A stretch of 64,000 nucleotides of DNA, taken from positions 1-64,000 of the forward strand of contig CAVWLW010000004.1 of the NCBI GenBank assembly GCA_963755715.1, written 5' to 3'. Origin of the DNA: an uncultured delta proteobacterium (GTDB taxonomy: Bacteria; Desulfobacterota; Binatia; UBA9968). Every line of letters begins with the position of its first letter. The stretch's first letter is position 1. This document shows, one piece after another, positions 43,148 to 53,615 of this stretch. A model generated the notes under the pieces. It worked only from the letters and a program-made list of their open reading frames with translations, made no database searches and was not told the origin of the DNA. Made by a program: the position numbers and the translations under genes.

Positions 43148-43918
43148 ATGACCGAACCATTCGAACCTCCCAACCCCGCTCAGCTGATTCGCGAAGTGCG
43201 CGGCTTGATCGAGCTGCCGCGCCTGTTGTTGCGCTTTCCAGAACTGGCCAGACAGCCGCGCGGCCATGGTGAACCGATCCTGATCTTGCCCGGCTACGGC
43301 GCCGGTGATGGCTCCACTATTATACTGAAAGTTTACCTCCGCCTGCTCGGTTATCGGGCGCGCGGCTGGGGTCTGGGACGTAACCGCGGCGACGCGGCGG
43401 AATTGCTTCCTCGTGTCTTGAAGCGGATCGCGTCTTTCGCGCGCCGCACCGATCAGAAAGTTCGCCTGATCGGCTGGAGCTTCGGCGGTTATCTAGCCCG
43501 CGAGTTGGCGCGCGAGCGCAGTGATCTCGTCGGCCAAGTCATTACGCTCGGCACTCCGGTCATAGGCGGTCCGAAATATACCGTTGTCGCCAAGGCCTTT
43601 CTTAGCCGCGGCATCGACATCGAGGCGATTGCCGCCGAAGTCGAAATACGCAATCAGATCTCGTTCACCACGCCGGTCGTCGCGATCTATTCGCGCCGTG
43701 ACGCTATGGTCGCATGGCAGGCGTGTATCGACCACCAGGCGCTCAACGTCGAACACGTCGAAGTCCGAACCACGCATTTTGGTTTTGGTTTTTCGCCTGA
43801 CGTCTACAAAATCATCGCGCAGCGTCTGGCCGTCGGCCAGATGGTCGCGGCCTGCCCGGTTGAGCCCGCAGTCCGGCCATGGCGATTGTTCGGCTTGAGC
43901 CGGCAACCGAAGCGCTAA
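43148..43918 (+). CDS. Alpha/beta hydrolase (lipase/esterase-like)
   Basis: ILPGYG, GWGLG, GWSFGG nucleophile elbow, YSRRD, H. Confidence 0.88.
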   Translation: MTEPFEPPNPAQLIREVRGLIELPRLLLRFPELARQPRGHGEPILILPGYGAGDGSTIILKVYLRLLGYRARGWGLGRNRGDAAELLPRVLKRIASFARRTDQKVRLIGWSFGGYLARELARERSDLVGQVITLGTPVIGGPKYTVVAKAFLSRGIDIEAIAAEVEIRNQISFTTPVVAIYSRRDAMVAWQACIDHQALNVEHVEVRTTHFGFGFSPDVYKIIAQRLAVGQMVAACPVEPAVRPWRLFGLSRQPKR

Positions 43919-43948
43919 TCTCCCTCGGCGACTTCGTCGCCCTCTTGA

Positions 43949-44437
43949 ATGGAAACAACCCTAGTTTTTTGGCTTCTCGCCGTATTGCTCCTTGTAGCCG
44001 GCCTGATCGGCCTCTTCCTGCCGGTGCTTCCCGGCGCGCCGCTCATTTTTGCCGGCCTCGTGATCGCCGCCTGGGCCGAAGACTTTCACTACGCCGGGCT
44101 TTGGACGGTCGTCATCCTTGCGATCATCACGCTACTGACTTTAGGCGTCGATTTTTGGGCGACCATTTTCGGCGCAAAGAAATTCGGCGCTTCCAAGCGA
44201 GCCGTTATTGGCGCGCTCATCGGCCTGGTTATCGGTATCTTCCTTGGCTTTCCCGGCATTATTTTCGGCCCGTTCATCGGCGCCGTGGTAGGCGAACTCT
44301 CGGCGCAAAAAAATTTGAAGCAGGCAACCCGCGCCGGTGTCGGCGCGACCATCGGCCTCGTGCTCGGTGCCGCGATCAAGTTGGCGTTGGCGTTAACGAT
44401 GATCGGCGTTTTTCTTACAGTGCGCTTTTTATCGTGA
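43949..44437 (+). CDS. DUF456 family membrane protein
   Basis: LPVLPG, GAKKFGAS, GPFIGAVVGEL. Confidence 0.88.
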   Translation: METTLVFWLLAVLLLVAGLIGLFLPVLPGAPLIFAGLVIAAWAEDFHYAGLWTVVILAIITLLTLGVDFWATIFGAKKFGASKRAVIGALIGLVIGIFLGFPGIIFGPFIGAVVGELSAQKNLKQATRAGVGATIGLVLGAAIKLALALTMIGVFLTVRFLS

Positions 44438-44537
44438 ACCGCGAGTGTTAAGATCGCGCCGGCTTAAATCGAGGTGTATTTGAAGGCCATTGCCATTCAA
44501 ATTGGTTGATGAAGTCTGTTCGCTACCGAGGCTTGCA

Positions 44538-45458
44538 ATGAAAACGATCGCGATTTTATTTTTAACTCTGTTGCTTCACGGCCAAGCATGGGCTCTCACC
44601 ATCGCGACAGGCTCCGCCGAAGGAACTTACTTCCAGATCGCTCAGGACATCAAGCAAATTACCGAGCGCGAAGGCATCCCGATCGAAGTCATTCCGACCA
44701 ACGGCTCCTTCGACAACATCAATCTATTGGGCGCCGGGAAAGTCGATCTCGCGATCATGCAACTGGACGTGTTGCGGTTCGTCACCGAGATCATGCTCAA
44801 AGAAACCGGCGTGAACGTGCTGCAAGAGGCGCGAGTGGTTCTCAACCTCTATCCGGAGGAGATCCACATCATCACCAAGAATGATAAAATCAAAACGGTG
44901 CAAGATCTCCAAGGTAAGAAAGTCGGCGTTGGGCCGGAGAAAAGCGGCTCGGCGCTGACCGCGGAAGTTTTGCTCGCCGGATTCGAACTCAAGGTCGAGC
45001 GCGTCTTCGATGCGCCTGACGCCGCCCTCAAGAAGCTCGGCACCGGCGATCTCGACGCGCTGATCTTTATCGGTGGCGCCCCCGTCCCGGCGTTTCGCAA
45101 TCTCGACCGGAGCTTTCGCTTCGTGGCATTTCCACCCGACAGCGGTTTGGAACAAATCTATATGAAGAAAAAGATCGAAAGCTCAGTTTATCCTTGGGCC
45201 GGCGCCATCGAGACCTACGCCGTGCCGTCGGTGATCATGACGAGAAACCGCAATGATCGTGACTTTGCCGCGAATTTGCAAAAACTGGTGCTGTCCATTT
45301 TGATAAATAAAGAAAAGCTCGATTCCTCTGGTCATCCCAAGTGGAAGGATTCCTACATTCGCTCCACCCTGGGCGACGTAGGCTTTCGGCCGACCACCGA
45401 TGTCATTCAACTCTACAACAATCTCGACAGCATGGGCTATCGAATCATTAAGAAGTAA
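44538..45458 (+). CDS. TAXI-type TRAP solute-binding protein
   Basis: Signal peptide, IATGSAEGTYF, TNGSFDNI, LYPEEIH, DLQGKKVGVG..SGS. Confidence 0.88.
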   Translation: MKTIAILFLTLLLHGQAWALTIATGSAEGTYFQIAQDIKQITEREGIPIEVIPTNGSFDNINLLGAGKVDLAIMQLDVLRFVTEIMLKETGVNVLQEARVVLNLYPEEIHIITKNDKIKTVQDLQGKKVGVGPEKSGSALTAEVLLAGFELKVERVFDAPDAALKKLGTGDLDALIFIGGAPVPAFRNLDRSFRFVAFPPDSGLEQIYMKKKIESSVYPWAGAIETYAVPSVIMTRNRNDRDFAANLQKLVLSILINKEKLDSSGHPKWKDSYIRSTLGDVGFRPTTDVIQLYNNLDSMGYRIIKK

Positions 45459-45483
45459 GTTGGCGAAATCGCCGGAGTTCGCG

Positions 45484-45846
45484 CTATTCGTCCCGGTGCA
45501 CCGTCGACGGAAGGAACGCCGGCAAGCACACTGCTATGTATTCAGCGCCCTCGGCGGCGGGGGTAGAGTAGCACACCCATTCGCCGGCATTGACGACGAC
45601 CGTTTGCCCGGCGCCGACCTTGAGAATCGAGCTGCGAGTTTCAACCTGAAGCTCGCCTTTTAAGACGATCGTATACTCATCGAACTCGGGAGTCTGTCCG
45701 GGCTCGCGCCACCCCGAAGGACTGATCATCTTGGCGATGCTCAACGCGGCAGTTTGTGAATTCACTCGGCCGAAAAACTCCTCAATAATCTTGGGCGGCC
45801 GACCTGCCGCAGGAACTACAGTCGGCTTTGCGATCAGTCTTGGCAT
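45484..45846 (-). CDS. Cupin (EutQ-like)
   Basis: WREPGQTPEFDEYTIVLKG, YSTP, YIAVCLPAF. Confidence 0.85.
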   Translation of the reverse strand: MPRLIAKPTVVPAAGRPPKIIEEFFGRVNSQTAALSIAKMISPSGWREPGQTPEFDEYTIVLKGELQVETRSSILKVGAGQTVVVNAGEWVCYSTPAAEGAEYIAVCLPAFLPSTVHRDE

Positions 45847-45863
45847 ATGAAAATTACGAACGG

Positions 45864-46256
45864 CTACTCTGCTCGGGTCGTCAGCTCGATTTTGTAGCCG
45901 TTGGGATCTTCGAGAAAGGCAATTGCGTTGCTGTTGCTCCCGTGCTTCATCGGACCCGGCTCGCGCACGATCTTCACGCCTTTGGCGCGAAACTCTTCGC
46001 AGGCTTTGTAAACATCCGGCACGCCAAGCGCGATATGACCGAACCCATTGCCGATATCATAGGAGTGCGTGTCCCAGTTGTAGGTCAGCTCGATGACCGC
46101 ATCGGTCTCTTCCGAACCATAGCCGACGAAGACATTGGTAAAGCGGCCGGACTCGTATTCTCTTTTTTTCAGCAGCTTCATCCCGAGGCCATCGCAATAA
46201 AATTTCAAACTTTCATCGAGATCATTTACCCGGATCATCGTATGGACGATTTTCAT
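45864..46256 (-). CDS. gloA: Lactoylglutathione lyase
   Basis: HTMIRV, IELTYNW, GFGHIA, EDPNGYKIEL. Confidence 0.95.
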   Translation of the reverse strand: MKIVHTMIRVNDLDESLKFYCDGLGMKLLKKREYESGRFTNVFVGYGSEETDAVIELTYNWDTHSYDIGNGFGHIALGVPDVYKACEEFRAKGVKIVREPGPMKHGSNSNAIAFLEDPNGYKIELTTRAE

Positions 46257-46320
46257 AAGTATTTCTCCCTCTTGATCGAATGTTCAGCGTCGTTGATCAC
46301 CGCAACGGCAACGACAGATT

Positions 46321-47301
46321 CTAGCTCATTGCCTTGGCAAAGCCGCGGATCGTCTCTTCTCTGCTCCCCCCCGGCGGGCTGTAGGGGATAATCGCAATCT
46401 GTTGGATGCCGGTTTTCTGGATGCGCGCGATTTGCGCGCGGCATTGATCGACCGTTCCGGCGATGGCGAACTTGTCGACCAGCCAATCGGGGATCACTTC
46501 AGCGTGGTTCGCCTGCTGGTCCATGTGATGGTAATAGTCGTAGGTCTTGCGAATCTCTTCGAGAACTTTCTGCTCGTTTGGATCGAGCACGTAGGGCAGC
46601 GGATGCGCGACGACGCGGGCGACGTGGGCTTTCACCGCGTCCTTCGCCGGCGCCGTATCGGAAACCGCGCACGGCACCCAGAGCACCAAATTGATATCTG
46701 CCAACCTACGGCCAGCAGCTTTCGCTCCCACGGCGATCTTGTCTTTGGCGTGCGCGATGTACTCGTCAGCGACTCCGACCAAAACAATGATCCCGTCGGC
46801 GATGCGGCCCGATAATTCCAGCATCTTCGGCCCGCTGGCCGCGATATAGATCGGCACTTTGTTTTTACACGGATGAAGCAGGTGAATTTTCCCGCTCGGC
46901 AGTTGCGCCTCTTTGCCGGCGAAGAGCTCGCGCATTTGCTCCAATGATTTTTCGAAATTCGCCAGCGTCGACGGTTTCAAGCCCATGGTTTCGACCGAGC
47001 TATCGCCCAAGCCGATGCCGACGATCATGCGACCCGGCGCATATTCTTCCAGCGTCGCGTAGGCGCTGGCGAGCACTGAGGGATGGCGCGTAAGAGGATT
47101 CGTCACGCCGGTGCCAAGCTTCACCTTCGTCGTATTGAGCATCATCGCTGTCATGTTGACGTAGGCTTCGCGCCAGATGAGATGCGAGTCGCCGACCCAG
47201 ATATGCGTAAAGCCGGCCTCTTCGCTCACCTTGGCTAGGTGGATCATTTTCTGTAGCGGTTCAGTGGGAAAGAGCCCTACGCCGAATTCAAAGGTGCTCA
47301 A
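46321..47301 (-). CDS. LLM-class (F420/FMN-dependent, Mer-like) oxidoreductase
   Basis: WVGDSH, GTGVTNPLTRHP, GIGLGDS, YIAASGPKML..GRIADG. Confidence 0.9.
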   Translation of the reverse strand: MSTFEFGVGLFPTEPLQKMIHLAKVSEEAGFTHIWVGDSHLIWREAYVNMTAMMLNTTKVKLGTGVTNPLTRHPSVLASAYATLEEYAPGRMIVGIGLGDSSVETMGLKPSTLANFEKSLEQMRELFAGKEAQLPSGKIHLLHPCKNKVPIYIAASGPKMLELSGRIADGIIVLVGVADEYIAHAKDKIAVGAKAAGRRLADINLVLWVPCAVSDTAPAKDAVKAHVARVVAHPLPYVLDPNEQKVLEEIRKTYDYYHHMDQQANHAEVIPDWLVDKFAIAGTVDQCRAQIARIQKTGIQQIAIIPYSPPGGSREETIRGFAKAMS

Positions 47302-47314
47302 TTTCGATTCTCCT

Positions 47315-48487
47315 TCAACAACAAGATTCGCTCGCGCCGCGTTCGGGCGGCGGCGTCTGCTGGCTGCGTCCCGCCACGCGCACGATGCCGTCGATGATCA
47401 CGTAGGAAATGCCCGGCAAGTCGCCTTTGGCGAAAGAATCCAGCGCGTCTTTCGCCACTGAACCGGTGATCTTGTGCATCAAGACGAGATCCGCCGGCCG
47501 ACCTTCTTCCAGTATGCCAAGATTCAGATCATGGGCACGCCCTACGTTGCCCGTCGCCATACAAATCGTTTTCTCTGGAGCTATTTCACCGACGGAAGAA
47601 ATGAAAGCGATCTCACGCAAGATACCGCGCGGCACGATACCCGTTCCGCCCGGCGTATCCGTACCGATGAGGACGCGATGATGTAAATTTTTCGCGCTGA
47701 CCGTCCGGGCAAGAAGCAAAGCCAAGCGATAATTTCCCGAGGTGCAGATCTCCATAAAACATTCAGTCTCGTTGGCGATCCGAATCATGTCTTCTTCCGG
47801 CATCGGGATCGGTCCGCCGGTGATGTGGCCGATGATGTCGGGCTTGATTTTCTGCACCATCTCGAACCCCGCCACTTGGCTGACACCCGAGCGCGACACG
47901 CCGCCGGAATGAATTTTGACTTTGATCCCGCGCGCGTGCGCCCAGTTGACGTAACGCTCAGCTTCGCCGTTGGGCAGCAGGCTGTAATCGTAGAAGATGA
48001 ATTTGACCAACTTGATTCCGAGAGCATGAATCTCGTCAAAATCCTTTTCCGTCAGTCCAGGCACCAAAAGCAAAGTTCCGGCGTGAACCTTCACACCCGA
48101 TGGGCGCAGGTTGTCGTAGCAACGCTTTGTGACAATCGCCACCGACAGTGCCGTGCGTGCGTCCGGCGGCAACGGCAATCCGGGTAAATGCAACTCGCCG
48201 GCGGAAATCAGCGACGTCACGCCACCATGCATGTAATTCGTAATCCAGCCCAGCGAGTTTTGCGCCGGCGTATATTCACCGATCGACGGATGCGAGTGCG
48301 AATCGATCAGGCCGGGGATCGCGGTGATGCCGTTGGCATCGACGGTCTGATCGGCAGATTGATGCAGATTATTGCCGATCGCTTGAACGATCCCGTCTCT
48401 GATGAAAATGGAATTGGCTTGCCTGAGCGGGTTTTCCAGTTTCCCAGTGACCAATGTGCCGATGTTTTTAATCAGGATGGAAGACAT
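47315..48487 (-). CDS. Amidohydrolase, enamidase-like
   Basis: PGLIDSHSH, GEYTP, ISAGELH, HSGG, GHITGGP, GTDTPGG. Confidence 0.88.
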   Translation of the reverse strand: MSSILIKNIGTLVTGKLENPLRQANSIFIRDGIVQAIGNNLHQSADQTVDANGITAIPGLIDSHSHPSIGEYTPAQNSLGWITNYMHGGVTSLISAGELHLPGLPLPPDARTALSVAIVTKRCYDNLRPSGVKVHAGTLLLVPGLTEKDFDEIHALGIKLVKFIFYDYSLLPNGEAERYVNWAHARGIKVKIHSGGVSRSGVSQVAGFEMVQKIKPDIIGHITGGPIPMPEEDMIRIANETECFMEICTSGNYRLALLLARTVSAKNLHHRVLIGTDTPGGTGIVPRGILREIAFISSVGEIAPEKTICMATGNVGRAHDLNLGILEEGRPADLVLMHKITGSVAKDALDSFAKGDLPGISYVIIDGIVRVAGRSQQTPPPERGASESCC

Positions 48488-48587
48488 GAGCGGACTATAG
48501 CAAAGCCTCGCTAGCAGAAAAAGCGCGGCGATTTATAGCAGCCTGAAACTCGAATACTCGCCGAAAAATGATACCGTAACTCCTAGG

Positions 48588-49382
48588 ATGCGCCATTTGA
48601 TTTGGAACGTAGATCCGGCAATTTTCATTCTCGGCCCAATCGAAATTCGCTGGTACGGGCTCTTCTTCGCGCTTGGATTTTTCATCGGTTTTCAAATCAT
48701 GGCGCAGTTTTACCGCCGGGAACAGCGGGAACTCGAAAATTTATCCGAGCTCTGTCTGTATCTGATGCTCGGTACGATCATCGGCGCGAGGCTCGGTCAC
48801 GTCTTGCTTTATCAGCCTGACTATTTCCTGTCGCACCCCTGGGAAATTCCCATGATTTGGCAAGGCGGACTGGCGAGCCACGGCGGTTTCGCCGGTGTCC
48901 TGATCTCACTCTATCTCTATCTCAAAAAGCACCGCGACATGAGCTTCATCGAGCTTGCCGACCGTCTCGCGATACCTTGCCTGCTGGCGGCGGCGTTGAT
49001 CCGCGTCGGTAATTTTTTTAATTCGGAGATTCTCGGCGTCCCATCAAACCTGCCATGGGCCGTCGTATTCGCCCGCGTTGACAACATTCCGCGACATCCG
49101 GCAATGCTCTACGAGGCGGCCGTGTACTTTGTCGTTTTTTGCGTGCTGTTCGTCGCCTATTGGAAGACCGCGATTATTCAATTTCCCGGCAGAGTCTTCG
49201 GCACGACCCTAGCGACCTGCTTTCTGGCCCGTTTCATGATTGAATTCGTCAAAGAAAATCAGGTGCCATTCGAGAACCGTATGCCTTTGAACATGGGGCA
49301 ACTGATGAGCATTCCTTTTATCCTGACCGGGGTGTATCTCATCTATGCTTCACGAAGAATGCCGCGAGCAGCTGAACGATGA
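48588..49382 (+). CDS. lgt: Prolipoprotein diacylglyceryl transferase
   Basis: IRWYG, GARLGHV, GGLASHGG, RVGNFFNSE, RHPAMLYE, MGQLMS. Confidence 0.95.
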   Translation: MRHLIWNVDPAIFILGPIEIRWYGLFFALGFFIGFQIMAQFYRREQRELENLSELCLYLMLGTIIGARLGHVLLYQPDYFLSHPWEIPMIWQGGLASHGGFAGVLISLYLYLKKHRDMSFIELADRLAIPCLLAAALIRVGNFFNSEILGVPSNLPWAVVFARVDNIPRHPAMLYEAAVYFVVFCVLFVAYWKTAIIQFPGRVFGTTLATCFLARFMIEFVKENQVPFENRMPLNMGQLMSIPFILTGVYLIYASRRMPRAAER

Positions 49383-49457
49383 GATTCCGCCAAGACGCCG
49401 AAGGTTAAAATATTTCGGCGACGAATCGAGGTTTGGGTAGCTAAACAGGAAACTTTG

Positions 49458-50081
49458 TTAAATGCCTTGTTCGGTTCCTGAATGGCCGCACGAGACGTTT
49501 TCCGGCCAGAGGAGCTCTTTGTACGAGCCGATGGCAGCCTGCAACGTCCCAATGATAATCACCGCGGCGATCAGCAGGGCAAACAACGAATCAAAAACAA
49601 CATTTCCCGAAACAAAGATCAAGATTCCCGCTGCCACCGGAATAAGCGAAACCAAAGTGTCGCCCAGGTTGTGAACATAGGCGAGACGAATCGCGGCGTC
49701 CTCTGTACTCGACTCACGAAGCACTCGAGCAACGCCCCAGTTGGCCAATGCACCGATTAAACCTGCAACAATCGGGACCATGCCCGGCACTTGCACCGGC
49801 GATGCCAGACGCTCGACGACGCGCCAGACAAGAAATGCGCAAATGGCCAGCAGTCCGATCGAGTTGAACAGGTTAGCGTAGCGTAAAAGTTTACCGGAAA
49901 GACCCGCTCTTAGGCTGTAAGCCAACACCAAAAGCACAAGTGCGACCTCGTCGGAAAGATTGTGGACACCGTCCATGATCAGGCTGAAGCTGTTAGAGCC
50001 AATCCCCGCAGCGATCTCTACGACTAGGACGGCTGTGTTGAGCTGCAACGCACGGACAAGGGGAGGACGACGATGCGACAT
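49458..50081 (-). CDS. CDF-family cation transporter (TM domain only)
   Basis: DGVHNLSD (TM2) and HNLGD (TM5) metal site; no cytosolic C-terminal domain; ends in CGH. Confidence 0.85.
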   Translation of the reverse strand: MSHRRPPLVRALQLNTAVLVVEIAAGIGSNSFSLIMDGVHNLSDEVALVLLVLAYSLRAGLSGKLLRYANLFNSIGLLAICAFLVWRVVERLASPVQVPGMVPIVAGLIGALANWGVARVLRESSTEDAAIRLAYVHNLGDTLVSLIPVAAGILIFVSGNVVFDSLFALLIAAVIIIGTLQAAIGSYKELLWPENVSCGHSGTEQGI

Positions 50082-50124
50082 GTAAATCTTTCCTATGAGT
50101 CTTGTTCGATTTTAAATTTTTTGC

Positions 50125-52831
50125 TTACTTAGGCTGCGGCCCCAAGACGACCTGCGCCAAATCGTCGACCTTCAGCCATTTCGCAAACGCCGCTTGGATA
50201 TCCGCGGCTGTGAACGCCGCGTAGCGTTTGGCCGCGGTGATGGGCTCGTCCAGCGGTAGATCGCGCGTCGAGCGATCGAGTAAGCCGCCGGCAATGCCCT
50301 GGGTGCTCGATTCACTGAGCGGTATGGCGCGCAACAGCAAAATTTTCGCTTGATCGAGCTCGGCCGCCGTAACTGGTTTGGTTTGCATGATGCGCAAATT
50401 GCGCTCGATGAGCGACCTCGCTTTGGCCACGTTCGGCGGATCGCAGGCATAGGACACGGCAAACACGGAACGGGTCTTGCCGGATTGTAAGTGGGCGTCA
50501 ATAGAATATACGAGACCGCTTTTTTCCCGTAGATCCTGATAGAGCCGGCTGGCGTAAAAGCCGCCGGACAAAACCTGCAGGCCGACCTGAAGCGCGTAGT
50601 AGTCGTCGTCTTGACGCTTGAGCTCGAAGGTCTGGCCAAGTCTGACCTCATCTTGAACACGGCTTCGATCCGGGACGACGGTGACGCTTCGCCTTATTGC
50701 GCGGCACCGGCGGCAAGTCCGTTTCAGGTTTCGGACCCGTGGCCTGCCACGAAGCAAAATATTTTTCGATAACGGCGCGCGCATGCTCCGGTGTCACTTT
50801 GCCGATGACGACGATGGTGGTCAGGTCGGGCCTGAACGCTTTCTCATGATAGCTACGCACGTCTTCGAGCGTGAGCGCTCCGATTGTATCGGGCGTCGCC
50901 TCACGCAGAGTCGGATCCTTCTCGGGATAAATGGCTTTTAGAAAGGTGCGTCCTGAGCGGTAAACCGGACTTTGCAGTTGACCCGCCACCGCTTGAGCGG
51001 TGCGTTGCTGCACGGCTTTGAAGGCCGCTTCCGGCAGCGCGGGATGCAATAAGTTATCCGCAAGCAACTCCACGCCGCGCGCAAAACCGTCCGGCAGGAC
51101 CTCGAGGGAAAAGCTGGTTCCCGCCTGCGCGTTGGCGCCGATCTCGTCGAGGGCTTCCTGGAAAGCGATGCGATCGAGCTTCGTCGAGCCGTAAGCGAAC
51201 AGATCGTTGAGAATCTGGTCGGCTCCCTCTTTACCGGCCGGCACCTGGAGCTCAGCGCGATTTTTTACCCGGCCGTACACGCCGACGGTGTCGCTGATGG
51301 TTTCCGGTTGAATGATCAGACGCAATCCGTTGGGCAGCACGGTAACGCTTGGGTTGACGGTGGACGTCGGCACGGCCAATGGCGAAAGCGCTTTTTTCGC
51401 CCAAGCCGGCAGCGGCACTGCTTTCGTCTGCTTCGGCGCAAAAGATTCGCCGCCGGAGCGCGGCCCTTCGGAGGCCACGGCCTCGCCCGATTCGTGTGGC
51501 GTCATAATCACCGTAACCGCGCTGTCGTTGATGAGGTATTTTTTCGCCACCCGATTCACATCGGCGACCGTGACCTTTTTGATCGCTTCGATGTCGTCGT
51601 CGATAGAAGTGCGTCCCTGGACGCTCAACGCTTGCGACCATTCAGCGGCCAATCCGGCAATCGAGTTTCGGCGAAATTCCGCTTCCGCCACCTCGCGGCG
51701 CTTGGTCGCTTCGACTAAATCGGCGCTAACGCCTTTGTCGACATAGCCGGCGATGATGGCTTTCATTTGGGTAACCAGGGCGGCGCTGTCTTGGCCGCGA
51801 GGGAATGCTGCGTTCGCGTAGCCGAATCCGGCCATGGGCAATGCCGTGCCGTCAAAACCGCCGGATAGAGCTTTGCCTTCGGCGGCGAGAGCGTAAAGTT
51901 CGCCGCGGCGGCTGTCGAGAGCATCGGCCAGCACCACACCGGCGGCATAATCGGGATCGTTGAATCCCGGCAATCGATAAGCCACCGCAACCAAACCGTA
52001 GGGCAGATCCGAATCGACCTCGATGGTCGCAGGTTTTAGCGGCTGCAGCGCGATTTTTGGCCGCGCCGGCACAGTGCGGGCCGGAATCGATTCAAACAAC
52101 TGCTTGACCGTTGCCAGCGCGGCGTCGGGATTGACGTCGCCGACGATCACTAAGATCGCATTGTTCGGCGCATACCACTTGCGGTGAAAATCCTTGAGCA
52201 TCGCCCCGGTGGTTTTTTGAAACGACGGCCGAGTGCCCAGCGCGTCGTGTTCGTAGGGCGTACCGGCAAACATTTGCGCCAGCAAACGCGAGTAAAACAA
52301 ATACTGTGGGTTGGAATAATCCTGCGCCACCTCCTGCTCGATGGCGCCCCGCTCTTGGCGCCACAGCGCGTCGGTGGCGAGGACGTCGCGCATGCGCACC
52401 GCCTCGATGCGCAGCGCGGTTTCGAGATCGCCGGTTGGCACGGTGAAAAAATATTGCGTGACGATTTGTTGGGTGTTTGCATTGAAATTGCCGCCCATGG
52501 CCGCAATCAGACTGGAAAGCTGTGCGGACGAAAGTCCGGGGCTGCCGCGAAACATCATATGCTCCAACGCGTGGGCCATGCCGGGAAAGCCGTTAGGAGC
52601 TTCGTTGGAACCGACTAAGTAGTTGATCTGCGTCGTCACCACGGGCGCGAGAGAGTTGCGTACGATGACGACACGCAAGCCGTTTTTCAGCGTCGCGCGG
52701 GTGATTTCCGATTCGGTGGCCGCTTGGGCGCCGACAGTTGCACCGCCTACGACAACGCTCACAATGACCCACGCCGCCATCCACGCGAAAACCCTTCTCT
52801 GTCCAATTTGTTTCAAATCGTGCGCCTCCAT
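50125..52831 (-). CDS. Secreted M16B zinc protease (PqqL-like), with a frameshift near 50690
   Basis: Signal peptide, LKNGL, GMAHALEHMMFRGS (HxxEH), NANT; C-terminal SRLYQDLREKSGLVY in ORF 50125-50784. Confidence 0.9.
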
Positions 52832-52850
52832 AAGTCGAAATGAATTTCCT

Positions 52851-53608
52851 CTAGTCTTCCAGCATAACTAATACAAACATCAATCCAACACCCACTCCAA
52901 TGGCGAGCATCTGCACAACTGATTTGCCAAGGGTTGACTCCTTGTTCAACTCCGGCACTAAGTCGGAACCGGCGATATATATGAAGCCGCCAGCGGCGAG
53001 CGGCAACATTATGCTGGAAAACTCGGCGACTCTGGAGCCAATTGAGAGCGACATGACGGTGCCCAGAATCGCAAACAAAGCTGATACAAAATTGAAGAAC
53101 AGCGCCTTCTTCTTCGTAAAGCCGGCATAGAGCAAGACAAAAAAATTGCCCAGCTCATGTGGAATTTCGTGAAAAACCACAGCGAGGGTCGTCGCAATGC
53201 CGATGTGAAGACTGACATCATAAGAGGCGCCGATTATAACGCCGTCGATAAAATTGTGAGCCCCATCCGCCAATAAATTCATGTAACCCACAGGATGTAT
53301 AGGGTGATCGGATTCCAGCACATGTTGATGTCTCCAGAGCAGAAGTTTCTCCAGAACAAAAAAGGCAAAGATGCCCGCCAAAACCAAAACGGAGGCTTGT
53401 AGCTTATTGCCGAATCTTTCAAAGGACTCCGGCAAAAGGTGAATGAAAGCGTCGCCGAACAAGCCGCCGACGGCCAGACTGACCATGAAAAATATGATGC
53501 GCTTTAGCTTCTCCTCGGCGACTGAGATGAACGCGAGGCCGATGAGCGAGAGCAGGCTTACCAAAATGACGCTGGCGAGGCTATAAGTCCAAACCGCAGA
53601 CGTGACAT
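52851..53608 (-). CDS. ZIP-family metal transporter
   Basis: GDAFIHLLPE, HQH loop, ADGAHNFIDG, FHEIPHELG, AAGGFIYIA. The 5' end probably needs one indel to reach ATG 53608. Confidence 0.92.
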
Positions 53609-53615
53609 CCTCTTT

